DNA of 51,011 nt, the filler included, from Streblomastix strix (Eukaryota): the NCBI GenBank assembly GCA_008636045.1. It is 3 parts of 3 records of this genome, joined end to end, with 100 filler letters (N's around TTAATTAATTAA, not from the genome) between each part and the next. Parts side by side here need not be neighbours in the genome. Positions count along the whole stretch, not along the records: positions 17,042 to 33,977 come from SNRW01000746.1; positions 34,078 to 51,011 come from SNRW01000747.1; 1 more part is not named here. One strand, given 5' to 3'. The translations under genes and the position numbers were made by a program. Each line of letters opens with the position of its first letter. Position 1 is the first letter of the stretch. Positions 25,464 through 37,800 of this stretch are shown one piece after another. The notes beneath the pieces were generated by a model. The model saw only the letters and a list, made by a program, of their open reading frames with translations. It made no database searches and was not told where the DNA came from.

Positions 25464-27684
25464 ATGGAAGAATCAACACAACGTTAGGGCGGAGTTGCTG
25501 AAGTTTGCTGATTTATTTTTACTTCAAAATTTTTAATTCATTAATTAGTCAGGTGCAACTGCGTAATAAATCCGCTTACTTAAATCTGAGAACGAATCTT
25601 TAAGAAGAGAGAAATTAGAATTACAATAATAACTGTTTGAGAAATCCAAGACACTTGAAGGACGACTTCGCGATGCGTAAGAATAAAATGAAGAAAATGA
25701 AGAGAAGATTAAAAAAACGGAAGAAGCACTTATAAAAGAAAAATCAGAGAAAATCAAAATTATTGATGAATTATCAAATGAGAAAAAGGATAAGAACAGG
25801 TCAATTAAAAGAGAGAAAGAAAATGAAGATAAAATGATTGAATTAGAAAAAGAATGCATTAATACTGAATAATAACTTAGATATGTAACAGAAGAAAAGA
25901 ATGATGCAATAAAGAAAGCAGATGAATCAGAAAGAAAGAAAAAAATCGAAATTGAGAAAAGAAGAAAAATAGAAGATGAAAAAGAAAGGCTGAATTTTGA
26001 GAATGGACAAATGAAGTCAGAAATTGAAAGGTTGAGACGTGAACTTGAAATAGAAACTAATTTGGTCAGTGAAAATGAAACAAAATATTTGAATGAAGTT
26101 GAATAGAGAGAATAATAGAAGAAAGATTACTAAGAAAGAATTGAAAAAGAAAAGAAGATTGCTGATGAACAAATTGTATTGAAGCAACAAGTTGAAAAAG
26201 AGAACAGAGATATTTAGAAGGAAAGAGATAAACTTATTATAAGTGTTGAAGCTTAATAGAAAACAATATCTGAATAAACTGAGAAGATTCTGACAGTGGA
26301 AAGCCAATTAAGAGAAAAATCAGATGAATTTGAGAATGAAAAAGTAAAATCATTAAATGAATCAGATAAAGCAAAAGAAGAAGAAAGAAAGAGAAAAGAA
26401 GCAGAATTATTGAAAGGAAAAACAGAATAAGAGAATTTTGTATTAAAGAGAGAAAATGAAAGAATAAAATATGAGGTTATATTATTGAAAGAAAAACATG
26501 GAGAAGAGAAAATTGAATCTGAAATAAAAGAGATTGAAAATAAAGCAAAAGAAAAAGATGATAAGATTCATGAATTAGAAGAATTATAAAAACAGATATA
26601 ATACTCAAACAAATAAAAAGATGAATAACTTAAAATAAAGGATGATGAACTTCGTAGAGAAAGAGAAGAAAAAGAAAGAATCAATTAAGAATTGTTGAAA
26701 GAACGTTTGGAGAAAGAAAAAGAGAAGAAGAAAGCAAATGATGCCGAATCAAGAATTCAGAATATTGAATAAGAGTTAAATAAACTGAAATAAGAAAATA
26801 AAAAATAGAAAGAGAACAAAAAAGAAATCAAGCTTTAATCTCATTAAGGTTATTAATATAATTTTCATTTATTTGTCTATTAATTTATTTTATTTTATTT
26901 ATTTTAATATTTAGATGTTCAATTTGTGATGAAGAATCCAGATCCAGAAACTGTGACATTTGAAGAAGTTGACGGAATTCTCAATAAAGTGAAATTTAAT
27001 TAAGGTTGTGAACGTGCGATTGGAATTGATCCAGTAATTACTGATGGGATTTATTTATTTGAGATCATATATCAGAATCTAACATATTCACATTAAGGTT
27101 TGAAGTTTTATCCTATTTATTCAAACTTTAAATTAATCTTCAAAACAGGACCAGGGATTGTGAAAGCATCTTATGCAGTCCAAAAAGATTGCAATCCACG
27201 TAGTTTGCAAATTAAGTTGAATTAAAAATTTAATTTATTTTTAATTCTTATTTTATAGATGATTAGAATATGATTTGCTTCGATGTAATGTATTTTTATT
27301 ATTTAAATAAATAAATTAATAATTAAATTAATTATATTTTTATTAGTTATGGATAAATTTGTTATAAAGGATAATTGACAATAGGAAATCCCAAATATTC
27401 AAATGGATAGAAGATTGGCTTAGAATTAAATAAAGGAAAAGGAACATTGCATTTCTTCATTGATGGTGTCTAACAGCCAGTCTTTGTTCGTGGAATCAAT
27501 GAACCAGTGAGATTCTATGTATGATTGAAATATTTATTTATGAATTGAATTGAAATTATTTCATTGAATTAATTTGTAGGTTCACGTCTTTGATAAAGGA
27601 GCTTCATTCACAATTGTCACATTCAAGAATCTTCCTGCAGCAACAACACAGACACTTCCAAATGAGAAAGCAGTCGATTGGTGA
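25464..27684 (+). CDS. Coiled-coil protein with C-terminal SPRY/B30.2-like domain; multi-exon
   Basis: MEESTQRQGGVAE|SGATAQQIRLLKSENESL... E/K-rich heptads, then IGIDPVITDGIYLFEIIY, GPGIVKASY, GNPKYSNGQKIGLELNKGKGTLHFFIDGVQQPVFVRGINEPVRFY, ...LPNEKAVDW* (TGA 27682-27684). Confidence 0.88.
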
Positions 27685-28349
27685 TCATAAAGAATTCAAC
27701 AAAAGTAAAATTATCAGTATCTGATATAGCGTTCTATACTAAGAATGATCAAAAAATCATATTTTGATTCAAAGTAATAATAAATTAATTATACTAAATA
27801 ATCAAGTTGTTAAATATTTATATTAAGTCTATGAGTTTATTATATTGTTAGGAATAATATTAAGAGGATTGAAATTAGAATATTAATAAAGTGTTTATAT
27901 TCAAAAATACAGATAAAATTATAGAAACAAAATAAAATTGTTTGAAAAATGAAATATAAAGATTAAAATGAAAATATTAAAATATTTATATTATATAACA
28001 CTATAATTTTTGTGTTTGAAAACCAATAAAAATTAATAAATATATTCAAATTAAATTAAATGTATATTGGGTTAAAATAACAAAGACTGAATTATCTGGA
28101 CTATTTTAGATCAATATAATATGGTCACTAATTTAAGTTAAAGTTATGAAATATTATGCATAAAGACAATTATAAAAAATTAAAGACACTCAGAGATATA
28201 GGACGATTTTCAAAATAAAATTTAAACAATTAAAAAAAACCGAAAAGGTTATTTCTTCATAATAATCAAAATAAGTTGCAGATTTGGCAAATTGTGACAA
28301 AAACCAATTAAAAAATTAATTACAGTCAATATTAATTCTATTAATTTAT

Positions 28350-31300
28350 TCATTATTCAATTTCTTTATTTTAATCAATATCTTTTTATATTCTTCCTCG
28401 TGCAATTAATCCAATTTCTTCTGCAAATTCGGTGTCCATTTCAACGAAATGCCTGTTAAATATTATTGCAACTGATCGGCAGATAACAAATTTCATTGCT
28501 GAGATTCTATTTAGCAATTCTGCTACTTTTCCAAATCTCAAAACTATGGCAATTATATATTTCACAAAGTTTGAGTTGTTTTTCAATTCTAATTCAATTT
28601 AATTAAGTTCTTTCAGCTATTCTTGAAGAAATTATAAGCGGTGAACAATAATCTTATGATCAAATGAGTGATTGTTGAATTTTGATTTATTATATTATTA
28701 TTATTTCATCAATTTCTCTTCATTTTCAAACGATTCTTCAGAAAGCAATACCAATTTGTTTATGTTATCATTAATTTCATTTTATAATTATTAAGGTTTA
28801 TTTATAGCTTCAATCAAATCTTATGTGAACTTCAATATTTATTTTCTTGCATTATCAATTTCTTAATTATTGGTAAACATTGATGGGAGAAACGAAATGT
28901 CATTATCCAAAGTTTCCAGTGGTAAAAGATTCAAAACAATTTATGTATAATCTTTCATTAATTTAAATCGATAAGCCCAAGGAATAGTTTCGAAGGAACA
29001 TTGTACTTAAATTTAAAAATAATAAAATGTAAAAAGAATTAAATAAATAAATACATAAAAATTAAATTGCATTCTTCCAAATTATTAAAGACATTTATTA
29101 ATTAATAATATTATATCGTACCTATAACCATTATGCTAAATGTTACTGAAATTATAATGATAATGTTTTAAGAATTAGAGATTAACTCTTTACCACTTTT
29201 AGTGATTTAGTTCATAAGTGAATCCATTCCTATAATTAAAGAATAATAAAAAAATGTAAACAAAAATTAATTTCAAATAAATTTAATTAATATATTTTAT
29301 TATGTTATATTATAAAATTAGATCTAATGTATTTTAAACCTCCATAAACATCAAATCTAATAGCTGATTGAATGAATCTAAATTCTTCATCTGTTTCACT
29401 TAACAAATCACTGTCCATATGACGTAACTGTTGGATATATGAGCGCATTCTGCTATAAAGAAGAGAAAACCCATAAATTGGAGGCTGAATCTAAAATTAA
29501 TAAAAAATTATATTAAATAATAAATAATATATGAAATAATTAATTAATATAATATAATATAAAATTATTAATAATAAATATGAAATTAAAATAAAATAAA
29601 AATTTCGTTATTCGAAAATAATAAATACATGATAAATTCTGTTTGAGTCAGCAATATTGCATTCATCTTCACTAAGTAAATAACAATCTTCTTCTTTGAA
29701 TAATAACTATGCATTTAATTGAGTTGGTAATCTAAGATAAAATATTCATGTATATATAAAGAATTAAAAGATTTATTTAATTTCAAAATATGCAAGAAAA
29801 TGAATTTACAAAATAGTAAAAGAAATAATTAATTAACTATTAATAACTAAATTTAAGAATAAAAAATAATAAAAAAAAACCTATTCGTATTAATTTAATC
29901 CATCATTAAATCATTTGTCTCTGAATATTAACTATTTCCATAATGTACCTTCATATGAATTCTGCTCATATAATGAATTATTTATTAGAGAATGTTTATA
30001 ATTACAGTGCGATTGTTGTTCATATGCGAATCATCTTTCCAAACTAAAATTAAAATATAATAATTTGAAATAAATTATATATATTAAAAATAAATAAATA
30101 CATATAAATATATAATATATTAATGAATATATTATTTAATAATCATACTGAAATTATCTTCATAAACTGTTGGTTGATGCATTTAAGGGTTGACACAGTC
30201 AAAATCAATGATTATTCTCAGAAGAAAGTATTGAATTCTGAATAAAAATGGAGACCTCAATCCAGAGAGGAGAATATTCGATGATTATTCAGAATATTCA
30301 TTGACCAAAGAAAGCGTATTGAATATGGTTACAAATATTACCATTGATATTGATCCAAAAATTAGTACAATGTCCAAAACATCTCTTTTACCGATAGTTG
30401 ATGGTATTTTTGAATAGGATAATACTAACGAATTTATATCACTTGTTAACTTATTTTCATATTCTATATCTTTTATTTTATTGTAATTTATTTCATCGTC
30501 TGAAATATTATATGCATCTTATTCATATGATGTTGATTCTTCTTCATTATCATTATCATCTTCATCTTCTTCAATATATTTACTTTTTTATTTAACAAAT
30601 TTTTTATTCTTAATTTTAAATTCTTTTTATTTTAATATATCTTTTTATTTTTTTATTTATTTTTCTTTTTGTTATTATTATTTATTATTTTATTATGTTT
30701 TTTTCTTATTCACATTCAAATAATCTTATTCAATTTATTTATCACTTTATTATGTTTTTTTCTTTTTCTCAACCAATTAATCTTATTCCATTTATTTAAT
30801 CTTAACTTTTCTTTATTTATCATTTTATTATTGTTTTCTATTTCTTTATTAATTAATAATTTCTTATTCATTTTCTAATTCTTCTTAATTATATTCCTCA
30901 TTATTTGAAAGTAAATATATTTATTATTGTGGTTCATAAACTTATTATGTGTTTCTTTTCATTTAATATTTCGTATTCAATTCAAAAAATTATTATTATA
31001 GAAGTTATTATTATTAAAGAATTTGTTATTGTTGATGTTATTATTATTGTAATTGTTATTAAAGGAGATTAATTGTTTATTAATCAAAGTTTTATAGCTA
31101 AGATAATGATTTTTGATTTATTAAAGAGTATCGTAATTATTCATCCTCGATTTATTAAAATCCAAAATTTTATTTAAGAATTTATTATTATTAGTCTGCA
31201 ATTCTAAGTAATTAATCTTATTTAGCATTAAATTTAATATTATTAAAAGTTAAAGGAGAAGAATTTTACTAATGATTTGAAGAGTTGAATTGTGAAGTGT

Positions 31301-33964
31301 TTGATTAAGAAGGATGAATATTACTTATTTGGTTTGAAGAAGGAATAATGAGAATTTTTGGCGAATCAGAATATTGATTTGTTATTAATTAATTTATTTA
31401 GCAAATATTATTATCTTTTGGAAATGTTTCAGAAATTTATAAACTATTAAGTTCGTTATTATTTTGGTTTAATTTATTTTATTTATCGAATTATAATATT
31501 TATTCTTATTCAATTGTTTATAATTATTAAACATTATCTGATATATTAATTTTTTAATTATCCGATTTATTGTTAATTGTTCCATTATTTTATTATAACT
31601 ATAATTTTTCTTACTAATTTATTTCATTATTATTCAAAACATATTTTAACGACACCTATTGCGCAATATCATAAAAATTATCCAATTAAATGTGTTCATC
31701 TTTTTATTCATATCGATTAAATTACTGTATTTGTTCTGATTCAAGTTAATATTAAATAGGATTCTCAATATTACCTTATGATGATTTAACAACTGTTCTT
31801 ATCTTAACATTTTATTTTTTTGCTTTCTCTGCATATATTTTTCTTCTATTATGTTATTGAGTAGAATTTTAAGGGAGAATTTATTTTATTTATTAATTAG
31901 ATGTAGATTATTATTATTAACATTAAATTTACATTTATATTTATTAATTATTTTATTCATTTTCATTACTTTCCTCCAATTGATTTAATTTTTCTTATTA
32001 TTATTATTATAATTTTTCTTCTTATTATTATTTTTCTTATAATTCTTCTTATTATCTTTAAATCAATTCAATTTATTCTTTCTATTATTATAATCTGATC
32101 AATTCTTCTTATTCTTTTTCTTCTTTTTGTTTGATTATTTCTTTAGTGCTTATTTCTAATTCTGAATGTAGTATTTATTATTTAATTAAATTCATTTATT
32201 GGATTTGTCTTATTTATTCATTTTCTTTTTCAAGTTAATTCATCAGATCGATTTCTTTTTCTTTTTCTTACTCTAATTTAATTAAAAGTTCTTTTTCTAT
32301 ATTTATACTTTTATCAGTATTTGTATTTTAATATTCTTATTGTTTTTCTATTGAATCTCTAAATTTGTTTTAAATAATTTTTACAGCGTCTTTTAATGAA
32401 TCATTGCTATTATCTTATAATAATGAGTGTTAAAATTATTATTAATCTTATCCATTTAATTAATTGGAAATAAAGTTGAGAGAAAAAGTTGATGAATATT
32501 TATTTGATTATTAAATTTATTGTTGAATTAATAATTAATGCTAAAAATGTAGTTAAATTTCTTTTTCCATTTCTTCTTAATTTTTTTCAATTTAATTGTC
32601 CTTTAAATTGAATAAATAAAATAATAAATTAAATTAAATTAAAAATAATTAGTTGATTGCAATTAATTTAATTATTAAATTAATTTAATCAATAAATGAT
32701 ATTTCCATTTATTTTAACTTATAAATAATTAATCATACTTGCGAAGTTAATCTTCTGTATTGTTATTGTAATTTTGATTTTGGAATATTGAGTAATTTAA
32801 CCATTGAGGAAAACCTTTCCTATTGAAAAAATAAAATAAAAATAAATATTTGAAATTCATTTTAAAATTATTTTTTTAAATTATTTATAATAGAAATTAA
32901 ATAAACAAACAAACAAACCATATTTGTTTCAATCATCTAATTAACTAATACTATTGGTGATAATAGAATTATAATTAATTATGAAAATACGACTATTGAT
33001 ATATATGTAGCTGAAATTATTATTCTTTAATGTTAAATATCTCCTTAAAGATTAACTAGGACTGGATAGTAAAAGTTATTAGTATAATAACATAAATATA
33101 AATATAAAAGTCAAATAATAATGAGAATAATATAATAAAAATTTATTATTAATTTATAATTATTTATTAACAATATTATTTATTTTAATTATATATTAAA
33201 ACCTTTCTTACACGCCGAAAACACAGGTTATATAGAATTGAAGCAGACATATGCAATATCTGAGTAGAAGTTTACATTAGTTATATGAGGAAGTTCTTAG
33301 ATTGATAATAATTAAATAATTAAATAAATAAATAAAAGTTGATCATAAAATTAAATAAAATTAATAATTCTATTAAAAATATTTTTAGTAATATTATTTA
33401 TTATACCTCCTGTTCCAATTTCTTGTCTATAAGGTTGCATTGCCATTTCTCGACTCTTTTAAGCAAGTTCAGTGAGTGCTCTAATCAAACTAATATTCTA
33501 AATTTAAAATAAGTATTCGATATTGAAATTATTGAACAGTTAAATAGAATTTAAATTAAAACATTATTTTATATATGAAAAATATATTATTTAATATTCA
33601 GAAAAAAGTTATTTCAAAGTTTATATAATTATATATGTAATATTTCATACTTATTCTTAATTTGAATATTGTGTTGGTTCATCATGGGTTATATTTGTGA
33701 ATGTTTTAGAAGAAGATTAAGTTACTGAAGAATATCCAGATTGTTCTAAATCTAATCTTATATCAAATACTTATACTATTATATTGTGGATCTATAAAAT
33801 AAATATATAAATATATAAATAAGTAAATAATTAATTAATAATGATATGAAAAAAGAAGTTTAGTAAATATTTATTAATTCTTTCACCTTAAATATTTCAA
33901 ACCTCCCAATAATTAGTATCAGCCATAATTGAATAAATGTTCTCCAATGTTTATGTGATCTAAT
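28350..33964 (-). CDS. C-terminal part of a multi-pass TmcB/TmcC-like membrane protein ending in a degenerate hemerythrin-like domain; 5'-truncated
   Basis: TM segments (IIISATYISIVVFSQLIIILLSPIVLV; VLDIVLIFGSISMVIFVTIF), long N/Q-rich loop, SSNILLSGLR and CYLLSEDECNIADSNRIYH motifs shared with 34818-44469. Last exon has FLPSMFTNNQEIDNARK...SFENEEKLM...HSFDH...FNRHFVEMD; TGA 28350-28352. Confidence 0.8.
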
Positions 33965-33977
33965 CTGAATACAACAA

Positions 33978-34077
33978 NNNNNNNNNNNNNNNNNNNNNNN
34001 NNNNNNNNNNNNNNNNNNNNNTTAATTAATTAANNNNNNNNNNNNNNNNNNNNNNNNNNNNNNNNNNNNNNNNNNNN
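33978..34077. other. Artificial contig spacer N44-TTAATTAATTAA-N44
   Basis: Same 100-nt structure as 16942-17041. Confidence 0.97.
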
Positions 34078-34292
34078 CTCAAGGTTTCAAAGCGATGATT
34101 GGAACCTCAATTTAAGACCCACGTCTGTTCACAATACGTTAACGAGTTGATTTTACTGCTAATTAGCTGCCAGTAGCACATACATGCTTTAATTTAATAG
34201 ATTTTCCTGCTCAGTATGAGAACAAGGATCAGATGAAAGCAAAACTTCTCTAAGCACTTGAGACACTTCCTTCAGGATTTACTATAGCATGA
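34078..34292 (+). CDS. C-terminus of a HECT E3 ubiquitin ligase; 5'-truncated
   Basis: QGFKAMIGTSIQDPRLFTIRQRVDFTANQLPVAHTCFNLIDFPAQYENKDQMKAKLLQALETLPSGFTIA*: LPxAHTCFN catalytic Cys motif and the -4 Phe. Confidence 0.95.
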
Positions 34293-34817
34293 TCGCATCA
34301 TATATGGATATATTGGAGTAAATCATGGTTGATTCTTTAATGTGATTTATGTTAAAATCGAATTTAGTTATGAAACTCAAATACAACACATTAAATATTA
34401 TATATTTAAATTATGCTCATTTTATTTATTTTTAGTAGAAAAAATAAATTTGTTCGTTGAAAGTTATAGTAAAAGGATAAATCAACAATAATTTGAAGTG
34501 AATATGAAAAAATTACAAATAATTAAATATCTGGCACAACTGTGTGCAAAAAATTAAGAAAAAAAAGGTCGTCTATTAGGAAATAAATAAATAAAAATCA
34601 ACTATTATGAAAAAAATAAATAAATGGAAGTTTATGAAAGAGTTGATAAAACCATTAATTGAGCAAAAATCGTGTTATTGCTTTGGAGTAGATATATAAA
34701 TTATTAAATAAAAAAAAATAAAATGTTCTGATAATCTTATTACTATTATATTACATTGATACCCTGATATTCAACTTCCTTCTCTTCTTAAAATCAACTC
34801 CTTCAATTAAATTAATT

Positions 34818-37800
34818 TCACTCCTCCACCTCTTATGCAACACCTTCAGTACCAGAATTCTTTACTTCTTCTCCCGTGTCTCCATTCTTCTCTTTCTATG
34901 GGATGGATTCTGCATAAGCCATATCATTTTCTATAAGAAAAAGATTAGGAAAGAAAAGAAGAATAATATATAGTGAATATTATTATTTAAATTTTATTCA
35001 AATTTTGCATTAATTTGTCTTGGGATTTTATAATTATTAATGATATTATTTCAGTATATATTCATACCTATAAAGTGTTTGTCAAACAGACGTTTCAATG
35101 ATCTCCTGATCACACAACTTATTCCATCATCATAACTCTGAGATTTGAATGATGATAGAATTGAACTTTTCTCTTCTTCTTATTTATCCTATTCTTCATT
35201 TGCTTTCTTCTTCTTATCTTTTTTATTTGCATCTCTTTCACTATCTGAATATTCATCTTCATCATCATCATCATAATCTTGTCTTCTTCTTTGCTTTTTT
35301 TCAGATTTCACATCTTTTCCTCTTTTCTTTTATTAGGATCTTGGAATTCCTTTTGTTTTTGTCTAATTCTTTGATTTTGGGCCCAATTTCTCTTTTTCAT
35401 CTTGTGAAAGGTAATCTTATATCTCATCTGCTTATAAGCCCAATTCTTCTGCCCATTCAACATACTTCTCACAGAAACCTAAGCTGACTAAATCTGGTCC
35501 ACTTGATTTAACTTATTTTCTAACAACTGGAACAGCTTTCCTAGAAGATACAACTTTATTAGATTTTGATTTCTACTTAGATCCTTTATCTTTTTATATC
35601 TAATCTGATGTTGTTACCTTCTTAACTTTCTTTTATTTTCTCTTTTATCCATCTCCTTATATCATTAACCTTAATAGATCTCCAATAATTGTTAATCTTT
35701 GACGAATTAAAAGATGATCTTTTAAATGAGCTTCTCTTTAGGTTTTCTATTTCTCTAATAGATGTTCATCATTAACTTCATTATCTTAATCATTTTCTTC
35801 AGATTTATCTGATTATTCATCTTCATCTTTATTCTTCTTATTGGTTTTTGATTTACTTTTTTTATTCTTATTTTATATTTTATCTTTCTTTACTTTCCCA
35901 AATCCTCTTGTGTCCATATCTTTTTCTTCTTATTCAAATGTCCTAACTACAATTGTCATGAGTGCTTAATGAGAAGTAAGAATTTGTGATGAAGTATCTT
36001 TTGTGCGAATGGCATCAAGAAGTTGTTATCCTGCACTCATGATCTTCTCACGGCTGTTATCCATTATAGGATATCCTATATTAAATAAGCGAATAAGTAA
36101 ATAAAATATAATATTTATTTCTGAAGTTAATATTCCACACCTGTTCTCATAGAAGGGAGAAGTTCCATTTCTTTTTCAGATTCTTATTATGGAATTAAAT
36201 CAATACATCTGTTTGATTCTTCACTGATACGTTGCATCTGACGAGCAAATGGATATGCCGCAATAATGAATGCAACTGGATTGTAAAAAAATTTGAATAA
36301 TAATAATATATTAAATAATTGAATAAAATAAATAAATAATAATTATAAAATGATTATAAATAATTACTATATCGCATACTGAGTATTAAAGCACATGCAG
36401 CAATTGTAACAATGAGAATTATAGTCACAGAAGTACTGCATTATGATTTTCCAACATTAAGGAGAGATACAGTTAATTAATCAATTCCTGATTGAATATA
36501 AAAATAAAAGATATTAATTAATATTATGAGTTTTAATATATTAATATATTATACCTTGGCTCAAATCATATCTAACTGCAGAACTTATATAACGAATCTA
36601 AATATTGCAATTAATTAAAATAAATAATAAAATCAGGGGTTATTTTCTAATAAATGAATAAAATTGTTTAACCTCTTCCGTTCTTTCATCAAAATCAGCC
36701 TTAACCATTTCCTACATCTGCCAGATATACAATCGCATTCTTGATATCAAAGAAGCAAGACCAAAGAATGGAGGAGCATTGTGGTAGATTCTATTGGGTA
36801 AAGCAGTTGAACACGCTTCTTCAGAAGCTAAGAAGCAATCTTTCATTGTAAGCAAAAGATCAGCATTTGCTTGGGTATCTTATCTTCCTGAATATATTTG
36901 ATCAATTAATTCATCACCAGTACCACCCGATAATTCAGATGAATAATGAACGGCTTAGTGCAATCTATAATAATAATTATTATTAATTAGTTAAATAATT
37001 ATTGAAATGATAAAAAATTAAATAATTAAGTTTAATGATAAAATAAATAAATTAATTTATAAATAAATACCTTTAGAAATAGAAAGATGCACTTTGCATT
37101 AAATCAACCAATATGGTTCTGTTTGTACTAACATGATCAGAATTATTCCAAACTAAAAAAGGAGAAATAATATATGAATGAACAAAATTAATTAAAATTA
37201 AGAAAAGAAATTTTAAAATTTCATACTTGGGTTTGTAGTTACGAATTAAACAGGTTCTAATACATTGAGAGTATCATAGTTGATGATTGTTCTCAGCATC
37301 AAAAATTGAATTAGTGCCAATATAGGTGGTCTCATTCCAGACAGAACAATATTCGAAGAAGTTCCAGAATACATACTTACATATAATGCAAGCACAATTA
37401 TTCCAGCAATCATCGATGCAATGAATACAGCAAATACAATTATTATTTCAATGATATGCTTTAGAAGAATTGGTTATGGAAGTTGGTCATATGCATATCT
37501 AAGCTTATTAATCTGCAAATCAAGTTATTCTTCCCATTTCAGATCTTCTATCTGATGTCTAATGATTCCTCTCTATGCACTTTCAGCAGATATGAATTCT
37601 AGTCTCTCTTTCCTTTCTTCTTCTTCTCTAATCTTAGCCTCTTCTTCTTCATCAATATATGATCCATAACTTCTATCTTTATTGTCTTTATTATTCCTTC
37701 CTTTACCTCTTCTATCTCTGTCATTATCCAAATCTCTTCCTGATCTTCTTCTTCTTCCAATATCATCATCATAATCATCTTTATCTTCATCTAAGTCATC

